Positions 1-8,738 of a stretch of DNA of 49,631 nucleotides are shown piece after piece. Source of the stretch: Candidatus Heimdallarchaeota archaeon (GTDB lineage: Archaea > Asgardarchaeota > Heimdallarchaeia > Heimdallarchaeales > Heimdallarchaeaceae); contig DXJF01000019.1 in assembly GCA_019057375.1 (NCBI GenBank), positions 1 to 49,631 on the forward strand, read 5' to 3'. Position numbers and translations under genes: made by a program. A model generated the notes under the pieces. It worked only from the letters and a program-made list of their open reading frames with translations. It was not told where the DNA came from and made no database searches. The stretch's first letter is position 1. Each line of letters starts with the position of its first letter.

Positions 1-2
1 AA

Positions 3-812
3 CCTGCTAAGATTTTAGCATTGAAAGATCTTACTGAAGATACAAGATATTTCAAAATAAGATTTGTAGATGAAAGCATTATTGAAGAAGATTATCGTCC
101 AGGTCAATTTGCAATTTTATCTATTCCAGGAGTTGGAGAAGCAGTGTTTTCAATCTCTTCTCCCCCTACAAGAACAGATTTCATTGAATTTGGAGTGCGA
201 AAAGTAGGTTCATTTACAGAAGCATTATTCAATCTAAATGTAGGTGATATAGTCCATCTACGAGGTCCTTATGGAGACGGATTTGACATGGAGAGTCTAA
301 GGGGAAGGGATCTGATAATTGTTTCAGGTGGTTTGGGAGCTATTCCATTGAGATCGGTACTTCTTTACGTAGAAGATAGAAGAGAAGAATTTAGTCAAGT
401 ATTTTTCTTGAATGGAGCTAGAAGTCCAGCTGATATGTTATATAGAGAAGATATCATAGCTATGGCTCAAAGAGGAATCATAGAATCCCATTTATCTGTT
501 GATAAGGATGATTCTGGAGAATGGCCTTATAATGAAGGTGTTGTAACAACATTATTTCCAAAGATTGTAGACAGAGTTGTAAGTAAAAACACAACTGCAA
601 TCATTTGTGGTCCTCCAATTATGTACAAATATGTAATTCAAGAGTTACTTAAACTGAAAATTCCAAAGGATCAAATCTTGATGACACTTGAACGCAGAAT
701 GAAATGCGGTCAAGGTCATTGTGGTCACTGTGCTATCGGTGGCAGATACACCTGTTTAGAAGGTCCAGTGTTTACCTATTATGACGTTCAACATATTAAG
801 GAGCTGATCTAA
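3..812 (+). CDS. hydG: Group 3b [NiFe] sulfhydrogenase gamma subunit (FAD/NAD(P)-binding, 2Fe-2S); 5' end outside the window
   Basis: The frame is open from base 3 (PAKILALKDLTEDTRYF), so the TTG at 21 is not the true start. Motifs RPGQF, RGPYG, GGLGAIPLRS, CGPPIM and C-terminal ERRMKCGQGHCGHC...C are present. It precedes the delta and alpha subunits. Confidence 0.92.
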   Translation, partial: PAKILALKDLTEDTRYFKIRFVDESIIEEDYRPGQFAILSIPGVGEAVFSISSPPTRTDFIEFGVRKVGSFTEALFNLNVGDIVHLRGPYGDGFDMESLRGRDLIIVSGGLGAIPLRSVLLYVEDRREEFSQVFFLNGARSPADMLYREDIIAMAQRGIIESHLSVDKDDSGEWPYNEGVVTTLFPKIVDRVVSKNTTAIICGPPIMYKYVIQELLKLKIPKDQILMTLERRMKCGQGHCGHCAIGGRYTCLEGPVFTYYDVQHIKELI

Positions 813-813
813 G

Positions 814-1608
814 ATGTGGCAGAGAGAAAAGAAACCTGTTGTAGGTGTTTTCGGTTTTTCAGGCTGTGCTGGAGATCAACTTGCTATACTTCACATGGAA
901 GATGAATTAGTTGATTTCTTTACAAGTGCTGATATAAAATTCTTCCATATGGCTCAATCTCATCAAGAGGTTGATCATGTAGATATTGCTCTTGTTGAAG
1001 GTAGTATTAACACTGATAAACAACTTGCAGAACTTAAAGAAATTAGAGAAAAGGCAGACATTGTTGTAGCTCTAGGGACGTGTGCAACTCATGGCGGAAT
1101 TCAATATCTTGGTGATAACGAAAAAGAATTCAAAGAAAGAATGCTTCTTGTATATGGTAAAGATGGAAAGATTCCTAAATTCAGTGAATTAGTTGGAAAT
1201 CCAATACCTGCAAAACCTATTCATAAGTTCATAGAAGTTGATTATTCAATCCCAGGATGTCCTGTTGCTAAGGAAAATTTCATTCCAATATATACCAAAT
1301 TAATTAGTGGCTTAAAACCTTCTAAATATCCTTATCCTGTATGCATTGAATGTAAATTCCAAGGAAATGATTGCTTCTTATTACATGGAAGATATTGTTT
1401 AGGTCCAGTTACAGCTGGAGGTTGTGATGCTTGTTGTCCTACCTTTGGCGTTCCTTGTGTTGGATGCTTTGGAGCATACGAAGGAGCAAACTTTGAATCA
1501 ATGATTGAGAAGTTAATTGAAATCGGTTTAACTGAAGAAGATGCGAAAAGGAAGCTGATGATGTTTGGAGGCGAAGCCACAGAGCTAGCTTTAAAGGGTG
1601 AAAAATGA
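814..1608 (+). CDS. hydD: Group 3b [NiFe] hydrogenase small (delta) subunit
   Basis: GCAGDQ, VEGS, GTCATHGG, IPGCP and a Cys-rich C-terminal half (CIEC...C...CLGP...C...CP...CVGC). The stop overlaps the next start (ATGA). Confidence 0.92.
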   Translation: MWQREKKPVVGVFGFSGCAGDQLAILHMEDELVDFFTSADIKFFHMAQSHQEVDHVDIALVEGSINTDKQLAELKEIREKADIVVALGTCATHGGIQYLGDNEKEFKERMLLVYGKDGKIPKFSELVGNPIPAKPIHKFIEVDYSIPGCPVAKENFIPIYTKLISGLKPSKYPYPVCIECKFQGNDCFLLHGRYCLGPVTAGGCDACCPTFGVPCVGCFGAYEGANFESMIEKLIEIGLTEEDAKRKLMMFGGEATELALKGEK

Positions 1609-2894
1609 TGAGTGAAAAAACAATTAGTGTAGATGTGCTTGCTAGGGTTGAAGGAGATGGAGGAATTCAAGTATATACAAAAGATGGAAAAGTAGACAAA
1701 GTTCTTGTGAATATTTTCGAGGGACCAAGAATGATTGAAGCCCTTGTTAGAGGTAAAACTATTCATGAAAACATTTCTTTAGTAGCTAGAATTTGTGCAA
1801 TTTGTACAGTATCTCATAGAAATGCTTCAATTAGCGCTATTGAAAAGGCTCTCAAAGTAAAAGTTCCAGAAAAAACCCAATTACTTAGACATCTTTGGCA
1901 TTATGCAGAAATTATAGAAAGCCACGTGCTTCATGTATACTATCTTGCACTACCTGATTTCTTTAAACAAGCTTCTGCTATTGCAATGCTTCCTACTCAC
2001 ACAGACACCGTAGTTGAAGCAGTAGTAATGAAGAAATATGGAACTGAATTGATGAAACTACTTCATGGAAGAAAAATCCATGGAGAAAATGCTCTGATTG
2101 GCGGTTTTGGAAGAGTTCCAACTGATGAAGAATTAGATTATTTTGCTGAAAAAGCAGTTGAATTTAAGGAAAAAGTTTCTGCATTCATTGATGTTTGGGG
2201 TACTTTACCAATTCCAGACTATTGTGAAAGAGAAACTCAATTCATGTGCTGCAATCCAGCAAGTGGCAAATTTGGTTTTGAAGGAGAAACAATTCTTATC
2301 TCAACTGGAGAAGAATTTCCTGTTGAGGATTATAAAAAACTGACCAATGAACGAGTTGTTGAACACAGTTATGCTAAGAGATCCAAATACAACGATAAAC
2401 CATTTACTGTTGGCGCATTAGCTAGACTAATTCTTATTGGTGACAGACTTACTGGAGAAGCAAAAGAGAAATTCGATAAATACTATAATGATAAGTGGAA
2501 AGTTAATCCAATTTACAACAATATGGCACAATTAATTGAAACTCTATGGTGTTTTGAACAAATTCCTAGTTTGATAGAACAAATCAAAGCTTTACCAGAT
2601 TCTGATATAGTAACTGATTACGAAATGGATGGTAAAGGAACAGCTGCTGTGGAAGCTCCAAGAGGAACTTTATACCACACATATGATATCAAAGATCGTA
2701 AAATCGAACATGCTGACATTATTACTCCTACTGCACAGTTTTTAGATGATGTTGAAGAATTCATCAAAACAGCTGCAGAGAAACTTTTGGCAGAAAATCA
2801 TCCTGATACTGAGCTTCAGTTAGAAATGATTGCAAGAGCATATGATCCGTGCATAAGTTGTAGCTGTCATATGGTTAAATTGGTGAAACAATAA
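1605..2894 (+). CDS. hydA: Group 3b [NiFe] hydrogenase large (alpha) subunit
   Basis: RVEGDG, L1 motif RICAIC, VEAPRG, and L2 motif DPCISCSCH followed by a short cleavable tail (MVKLVKQ). Confidence 0.95.
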   Translation: MMSEKTISVDVLARVEGDGGIQVYTKDGKVDKVLVNIFEGPRMIEALVRGKTIHENISLVARICAICTVSHRNASISAIEKALKVKVPEKTQLLRHLWHYAEIIESHVLHVYYLALPDFFKQASAIAMLPTHTDTVVEAVVMKKYGTELMKLLHGRKIHGENALIGGFGRVPTDEELDYFAEKAVEFKEKVSAFIDVWGTLPIPDYCERETQFMCCNPASGKFGFEGETILISTGEEFPVEDYKKLTNERVVEHSYAKRSKYNDKPFTVGALARLILIGDRLTGEAKEKFDKYYNDKWKVNPIYNNMAQLIETLWCFEQIPSLIEQIKALPDSDIVTDYEMDGKGTAAVEAPRGTLYHTYDIKDRKIEHADIITPTAQFLDDVEEFIKTAAEKLLAENHPDTELQLEMIARAYDPCISCSCHMVKLVKQ

Positions 2895-3353
2895 GTGTCA
2901 CCTTCCCTTTCTTTTTTTCATAAAATTGAACCTTCTAGAATTGCTTTCTTTTGTTTTGGAAATAGAGATAGAGCAGATGATGCGTTTGGATTGATGGTTT
3001 CAGATAAATTAGTGAAATTTTATCCAAAGAATGTTTTTTCTGAAGAATATGAGGATATTTCTGTTTTTCTTGTAGATATAATAAACAAAGACATCTATGA
3101 TGCTGTAGTGATAATAGATGCTATAAATTATGGAGCTAAACCAGGTTCAGTGTTGGTAACAGCAGATATATCGGAATATATCAGACCCCTAACAAGTCAT
3201 TCAATTCCTTTGCTTCATATAAAAGAATTAGTTGAGATTCAAAAAAAGGAATTCCTGTTTATAGGCGCTCAAGCTAAATCAGTTGAGTTTATGCAAGAAC
3301 CTTCATTGGAAATTCGTGAAGCTGTAGATGAAGTAATGAAACTCCTAATCTAA
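2895..3353 (+). CDS. Hydrogenase maturation protease (HycI/HybD family)
   Basis: GNRDRADDAFG, IIDAINYGAKPG and TSHSIPL motifs. It directly abuts the large subunit gene (GTG start). Confidence 0.88.
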   Translation: MSPSLSFFHKIEPSRIAFFCFGNRDRADDAFGLMVSDKLVKFYPKNVFSEEYEDISVFLVDIINKDIYDAVVIIDAINYGAKPGSVLVTADISEYIRPLTSHSIPLLHIKELVEIQKKEFLFIGAQAKSVEFMQEPSLEIREAVDEVMKLLI

Positions 3354-3368
3354 ACTACTCGAAGGCTT

Positions 3369-4094
3369 CTAATTGAAGAAGTAAAACAAATCGTATTTAT
3401 CTATGAAAATAAAGCTGATAATAAAACAAGTCCAAATTAGTAATCTAAAAAGATCAACCCATCTGAAAGAAATTTTTCTATAATGTGTTCTTCTCTGAAT
3501 TCCAAGACCTTTGAAGTATAAAGATTGAGCCAAGAATTCAGATCTATAGATAATTGACGCAATGAAAACAGCAAATACTCTTGGTAACCATCTCAAAAAA
3601 AACCCCTTAATTTCTCCCCTAATCTTTAAAGTTGTAAAGGTATCTTCAGCATCTTTTGCTATCCTTGGAATCATCATCAAAGCTAGAGAAGGAATCAACG
3701 CAATTTTAGTTGGGATTTTTAGTTTTTCAAAACTTCTAGTCAAGTCTGAAGGATTAACTATAGAAAAGAAAAAGGAAAAGCCTAATCCCCCTACAAGCAA
3801 ACGCATTAAGACACGATACGTAATTTCCCACCCTCCAAAGAGGTAAGTTAACCCACCTAGAAATATCAAAATTGGTAAAAGAGCCCATAAAATGCTTAAG
3901 GATCCTCTAATATTCTTAAAAATTACATTTTCAAAAATGATGAATATTAACAAAAGTGCTAACACCCAGTTTTTGTTTAGAATTAGAAATCCAAATTGAA
4001 TGGATATGATAACAATTCCAACTAATGGATGAATTTGAAGTTTATCAGGTTTATACAAAAAACCATCATAAATTCTCTTTAGCATAAAAGACAT
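3369..4094 (-). CDS. ecfT: ECF transporter transmembrane T component
   Basis: Hydrophobic protein with the EcfT/CbiQ pattern (PSDL..SFEKL.IP, IRG and FKG X-R-G-like motifs). It sits downstream of a tandem ABC ATPase and an S component. Confidence 0.82.
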   Translation of the reverse strand: MSFMLKRIYDGFLYKPDKLQIHPLVGIVIISIQFGFLILNKNWVLALLLIFIIFENVIFKNIRGSLSILWALLPILIFLGGLTYLFGGWEITYRVLMRLLVGGLGFSFFFSIVNPSDLTRSFEKLKIPTKIALIPSLALMMIPRIAKDAEDTFTTLKIRGEIKGFFLRWLPRVFAVFIASIIYRSEFLAQSLYFKGLGIQRRTHYRKISFRWVDLFRLLIWTCFIISFIFIDKYDLFYFFN

Positions 4095-5732
4095 CTATTC
4101 AGCCTCCTTAAGCAAAAAGTTGAATTCTTTAGGATTAAGAATTCTAGGAAGAGAGATACCTGTTTCTTTTTCTAGCTTTAGAATGTATCTTACAGTTTGA
4201 TTAGGTATCAAATTTGTATGTTTTTCCAACTCATATAGAACGTCTCGAGGTGGTCCATTTAGACATATATCTCCATTTTCAATAACAACCAATCTATCCA
4301 AAGATGTTACAATTCTAGGATCATTGGTTGCAAGAATGACCGTGTTTCCATTTTCTTTTGCTGTTTCAACTAATTCAAGTAGAATTCTTCGACCTTTTTT
4401 GTCCAAAGCAATTGTAGGTTCATCCAACAAAATAATATCTTCTTGAAAATAAAATGAGTTTATCAAAGCAAAAAGTCTCCTCTCTCCTTCACTCAAATGA
4501 TAGAGCTTCCTTTTCATCAGTTTTTGCATTTTAAATTTGTTATAAATTTCTATAACTTCCACATTATTTCTAAGTTGTCTTTCTAAATCTCTTAAGGGAG
4601 TAGGTCCAACTAGAAATAGTTTTGCGTTTTCAGGAACATATATGCAATCTTTTTTTCCCTTTCTGACATTCTTGATTTTTCTTCCTTTTATCCAGACTTC
4701 ACCTTTACTTGTTTTTTCAATTCCCAATATGATTTTCATCAAAGTAGATTTACCGCATCCATTTATCCCCATTAATCCTATTGATTCTCCTTTCTTGAAT
4801 TGAAGATCTACATCTTTCAATATCCATTCAGTTTTGTTGTTATATCTAAAATCTACCTTATTCAAAGAAATGGCTGTATCTTTAGATGTTTCATTATTTA
4901 ACTTGAACAGCTCAGAGATATCCACATTTTTAATTCTAGATATTATTCTTTTCAAATCTGCTTGACCTTCAAGAGAAATTATTTTTTCTTTATCTTTGAA
5001 ATCTATCAAAGATAGTTCTGGTGGGTCAATCTCTTCTAGCAAATCTATATTATTAGAGGGATGTCCGTCACTAACTATTTCCCCTTGTTTTAATATAACT
5101 AATCTATCAGCTTTTGTCACAATATAATCAAGACGGTGTTCAAAAGCAATTACTAAATGACCACTATCAGCAAGTTTTCTTAGCAGTTCAACCAGTTTGA
5201 CCTCTGTTTTTGGATCAATCCTTGCAATAGGTTCATCAAGAATAATGATGGGAGGAGCAAAAGCTAAAGCAGATGCTAAAAAAACTCTTTGCAATTCTCC
5301 AGAACTTAGCTCAGGGATTACTCTTCTTCGTAGGGAACTTATTTCAAGTTCAGCTAGGACTTGATTGAGTCTAGATAAAATTTCTTCAGAATCAAGAGCA
5401 AGATTTTCTAATAGAAAAACAATTTCCTCCTCAACTAATAATGATGTTGTAAAGTCACTTGGATATTGAGGAACATATCCTAGTAAACTAACAAGTTTTT
5501 CTCTTGTCAGCTCCTTGAAGGAAATTCCATTATAGGTGATTTCACCAGAAATGTCAGCTTCAGTAAAATTGGGAATTAAAGTCATCAGAATCTGAGCAAG
5601 GGTGCTTTTACCACTCCCACTAGGTCCTGCTATAACAACGAATTCTCCTTTAGATGCTTCAAAATTTATGTGTTTAAGTGCATCCTCATTACTTGTCATA
5701 TACCTGACAGTTAAATCGTTTATTTGAAGCAT
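4095..5732 (-). CDS. ecfA: ECF transporter ATPase with two fused ABC domains
   Basis: Two Walker A motifs (GPSGSGKST, GINGCGKST), signatures LSSGELQR and LSEGERR, Walker B LDEP twice, and no TM segments. Confidence 0.9.
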   Translation of the reverse strand: MLQINDLTVRYMTSNEDALKHINFEASKGEFVVIAGPSGSGKSTLAQILMTLIPNFTEADISGEITYNGISFKELTREKLVSLLGYVPQYPSDFTTSLLVEEEIVFLLENLALDSEEILSRLNQVLAELEISSLRRRVIPELSSGELQRVFLASALAFAPPIIILDEPIARIDPKTEVKLVELLRKLADSGHLVIAFEHRLDYIVTKADRLVILKQGEIVSDGHPSNNIDLLEEIDPPELSLIDFKDKEKIISLEGQADLKRIISRIKNVDISELFKLNNETSKDTAISLNKVDFRYNNKTEWILKDVDLQFKKGESIGLMGINGCGKSTLMKIILGIEKTSKGEVWIKGRKIKNVRKGKKDCIYVPENAKLFLVGPTPLRDLERQLRNNVEVIEIYNKFKMQKLMKRKLYHLSEGERRLFALINSFYFQEDIILLDEPTIALDKKGRRILLELVETAKENGNTVILATNDPRIVTSLDRLVVIENGDICLNGPPRDVLYELEKHTNLIPNQTVRYILKLEKETGISLPRILNPKEFNFLLKEAE

Positions 5733-5764
5733 TAGTACACCAATTAATCTGACTTAAAAATACT

Positions 5765-6565
5765 TTATCCTTCCTCCGTTTCTGGTACCTCTTCCTCAGC
5801 AATTATTTCCTTTTCATATCGTTTTAATATTCCAAGTTCACTAAGATAGGATACTATAGGAATTGCAATAGCTGCACTCAGAACAACTTGAGCAATATTG
5901 AAAGGTATTTCTGATACAGCAGCTACAAGCAAATATTTTAGAACAACTGTTTCATAGAAGAAATAGCCTAAAACCATTAATGATCCTCCTGCTATGCAGG
6001 ATAAAGCCATTTCCCCTTTTTCCTTTAGGAAGAAGAGCACAAGTCCAATTACAATACTTAGAAATAATGCAATTATTAGAAAAGCATATCCTGGCACAGT
6101 AACAGAAAATTCTCTGCTACCATAAAACGCCATTCCAAAAATAAAATCTTGATTGACATAGAATGCAGAAAAACCTACTAAAGTTCCACATAGAGCAGCC
6201 ATAAACAGATACCTGATCCACTTCTTTAATCGGCGGCTATAGTGGAAAATTACTCCTACAACAAATCCTTCTATACCTTTGATGATTAATGTACCTGGCG
6301 CAAAAACGCCATACCCTAAAGCAACATCTGCTAACATCGCTCCCATTCCTCCTGCGATGGCACCTGTGATTGGACCTCCAATTAGAGCAGCTAAATAAAC
6401 AAAAATTTCTCCAATGTTAAAGAACCCATTAGACGTAGGGATAGCTATAAAGAAGATTGATGTAGAAAGAAATACCAATCCCGTAAAAGTAACAATTAAC
6501 GCTATGTTTCTTACTGAATTTACTTCACGAATTAGACTTTGTCGTAAACCTACTTCTTGCTCCAT
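5765..6565 (-). CDS. ECF substrate-binding S component (HmpT/PdxU2-like family), enlarged
   Basis: IPTSNGFFNIGE...GGPITGAIAGGMGAMLAD..LGYGVFAPGTLIIKGIEG...EIPFNIAQ pattern. It is the first gene of an S-A-T operon. Confidence 0.8.
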   Translation of the reverse strand: MEQEVGLRQSLIREVNSVRNIALIVTFTGLVFLSTSIFFIAIPTSNGFFNIGEIFVYLAALIGGPITGAIAGGMGAMLADVALGYGVFAPGTLIIKGIEGFVVGVIFHYSRRLKKWIRYLFMAALCGTLVGFSAFYVNQDFIFGMAFYGSREFSVTVPGYAFLIIALFLSIVIGLVLFFLKEKGEMALSCIAGGSLMVLGYFFYETVVLKYLLVAAVSEIPFNIAQVVLSAAIAIPIVSYLSELGILKRYEKEIIAEEEVPETEEG

Positions 6566-6663
6566 TCATAACACACTCTTTAGGATATTCAAGTTACAAC
6601 TTGAATAATTTATTATAACTGTTTTGGTATATATTTAAGCCATAAAAATTTTTATAAGTAATT

Positions 6664-6719
6664 TTTTCGATAACTTTAGTTTTCTAAAGAATTTTCGATA
6701 ACTTTAGTTTTCTAAAGAA
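6664..6719. repeat. Perfect tandem duplication of a 28-bp unit, each copy containing the palindrome CTTTAG-N4-CTAAAG (operator-like)
   Basis: TTTTCGATAACTTTAGTTTTCTAAAGAA occurs at 6664-6691 and 6692-6719, in the divergent intergenic region between the ECF operon and the Cys-rich ORF. Confidence 0.9.
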
Positions 6720-6764
6720 GTAACTATTAATAAATATGTACTTCCCAGAATCTTGGCGAAACCT

Positions 6765-7085
6765 ATGAAGGCAAGAAATCTATTTATCGGCTTAAGCTTG
6801 GCGGTTCTTTTGATTTTTACAATGCAGCTCGCATCCTCAAATCAAACAATTAGTAATGGTAACGAATATTTCTTATTCTTCAGTTCTGGAGATACTGATC
6901 ATGAGCAAATCCATGAAAGATATCAACTAAACAATCGTTTAGGAGATTGTGATTGTGGGTGTGAATGTGAGTGCGAATGTGAGTGCAATTGTGAGTGCAA
7001 TTGTGATAATGTTTGTGATCAAATACTAGACAGAATTAGAGACAGAATTAAAGACAAATTACAAGATGGAAGTTGTAAAGATTAG
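6765..7085 (+). CDS. Small secreted Cys-rich protein with a (Cys-X)10 tract
   Basis: Signal-peptide-like start MKARNLFIGLSLAVLLIFTMQLASS (ATG 6765; the ORF track starts at TTG 6753). Contains CDCGCECECECECNCECNC and a C-terminal DRIRDRIKDKLQDGSC. A T-rich tract follows. Confidence 0.7.
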   Translation: MKARNLFIGLSLAVLLIFTMQLASSNQTISNGNEYFLFFSSGDTDHEQIHERYQLNNRLGDCDCGCECECECECNCECNCDNVCDQILDRIRDRIKDKLQDGSCKD

Positions 7086-7151
7086 AATATAATCCATCTT
7101 TTGTGTTTTTTTATAATTTTATACTTATTTATACTATATAATTGTAGGTTT

Positions 7152-8495
7152 TTAAAGAAAATCTATAAGATTTCTCATTTTTTCCAAGGTTTCAAATCCT
7201 TTCTTTGTAACTTTGAACTCCTTAATTTTGGTGTTTTGTCCAAATAACACTATCAAGCCTTTCTCTTGAAGTTCATTCAGATGCTGATAAATAGATTGTT
7301 TAGATTTAGCTCGTCCTAAGGATTCCCACAGAGAAATTCCATAAGTCGCTTTGCCTTCTGAAATAAGATTCAATATCTCAAATTTAGTTGTTGAACTTTC
7401 AGACAAACCCCAAACAACTTTTCTTTTATCTCTTAATTGAGAGGCATAGATATTGAGTGCATTAAAGCCAGATCCAGAAAGAATCGCAACACTATTTGGG
7501 GGATTTATTTCTTCTTCTTTAATCAGCTCATCAGCAGCTACTAAAACAGAAGCTGAAGCTGGTTCAATAAACAATCCTTCTTTTCTGGAAAGATTCAAAG
7601 CTTTCTCAATCATCTGTTGAGCATCAATTTCTATCTCTTTTCCTTTAGAAAACTTAATTGTCTCTCGTACTTCCTCTAAAAGAAAAGGTTGCTCTATTTC
7701 TAAGGATTCAGCCAAGTAAGCACTCTTTGTTTTCTCTAAAGATATTGCATAAATTCTGGGGAGTTCTTCTATCCATCCTGAAGCAAGTGCATCTTCTAGA
7801 CCCCTATAAATTGAATATATAAGAGATCCAGATCCTCTAGGTATAATTAATGCATCAAAAAACTCTTTTTGTAAAGCTATTTCTAAGCCTAAGGTTTTTT
7901 GACCTTCAATAGCTAAAATATTGTTTTCAGGAGTTGCTAAATAGGCATTTACTGCTTTACTAAGCCTTTTCGCTTCAGCAATAGATTCTTCAACAGAATC
8001 GCCCATTTCGATTACGTTACTTCCATAAACCTTCATTTGTTCAATTTTAGAAAGTTCTAAATTCTGAGGAATTACATTTTGAGATTTTATTCCAGCTTTT
8101 GCTGCATAAGCAGATAAACTGATGCCAAAAGAGCCTGTACTTGCGCCAATTACTTGGGAGCTTTTATTCTTAACAGCATCTGAAATTATCAGAGAACTAG
8201 CTCTATCTCTAAAGGATCCAGTAGGATTTCTGAATTCTAGCTTCAAACTTAAATCAGCAAGATTCTCTATATTCTTAACTTCAATAAGTGGTGTGTTACC
8301 CTCATACAAAGAAATAGGCTTTGCATATTCTGGAAGAAAATCTCTAAAAGACCACATAGATGTGAGAGAAATATCAGATTTAGATGGACCTCGAATTGGA
8401 GTTACAGATAGCAGTTTCTCACAAGTAGGACAACGTAATGAATCCCCTATAAGTAAACTTCCGCACTCTTGACAACTATCTGGTTTTCTCCACAT
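7152..8495 (-). CDS. Zn-ribbon + threonine-synthase-like (PLP fold type II) domain + C-terminal winged-helix domain; catalytic Lys replaced by Arg
   Basis: N-terminal CQEC...CPTC, SLYEGNTPL, NPTGSFRDR, EGQKT, IPRGSGS, EGLFIEPASA. The C-terminus (TKFEILNLIS...SKQSIYQHLNELQEKGLI...VTKKG) has the ArsR/PadR-type wHTH pattern. Confidence 0.85.
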   Translation of the reverse strand: MWRKPDSCQECGSLLIGDSLRCPTCEKLLSVTPIRGPSKSDISLTSMWSFRDFLPEYAKPISLYEGNTPLIEVKNIENLADLSLKLEFRNPTGSFRDRASSLIISDAVKNKSSQVIGASTGSFGISLSAYAAKAGIKSQNVIPQNLELSKIEQMKVYGSNVIEMGDSVEESIAEAKRLSKAVNAYLATPENNILAIEGQKTLGLEIALQKEFFDALIIPRGSGSLIYSIYRGLEDALASGWIEELPRIYAISLEKTKSAYLAESLEIEQPFLLEEVRETIKFSKGKEIEIDAQQMIEKALNLSRKEGLFIEPASASVLVAADELIKEEEINPPNSVAILSGSGFNALNIYASQLRDKRKVVWGLSESSTTKFEILNLISEGKATYGISLWESLGRAKSKQSIYQHLNELQEKGLIVLFGQNTKIKEFKVTKKGFETLEKMRNLIDFL

Positions 8496-8543
8496 CTAAA
8501 AATAATAGGTAAAAATCTATTATAACTGTATTGTATATGCTCT

Positions 8544-8738
8544 TCAGACAATCCCGGATGGTTCTTCATCTTTGTCTATTAGTATCTCGCATGAACATAG
8601 ATCATCAAAAATTGATTCAATTTGAAGAGATAAAGGATCTTCAAAATCCAAAAAAAAGTTCATATCTTTCTTTTCTAAGTTGTTGAATAACTGTATGAGT
8701 ATATCTCTTTCTTGTTTTGAATTTACTACAATGTGCAT
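8544..8738 (-). CDS. Small acidic hypothetical protein
   Basis: 64-aa ATG ORF in otherwise unoccupied space, co-oriented upstream of the ThrC-like fusion. No motif recognised. Confidence 0.5.
   Translation of the reverse strand: MHIVVNSKQERDILIQLFNNLEKKDMNFFLDFEDPLSLQIESIFDDLCSCEILIDKDEEPSGIV

Noticed and set aside
1332-1766. Antisense or alternate-frame ORFs from the track (e.g. 1332, 2143, 3562, 6414, 8122, 9047, 10973, 13301, 15114, 16933, 18316, 19744, 21323, 26852, 34356, 35557, 35712, 40605, 41055, 43915, 45052, 46401, 48542, 49055)
   Set aside because: They are shadows of well-supported genes, with no motifs or RBS support.
3369-6565. ECF operon as a nickel/cobalt importer for the adjacent hydrogenase
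   Set aside because: The S component lacks the NikM/CbiM N-terminal MH motif and matches vitamin-type S components. It is also convergent with the hydrogenase operon.
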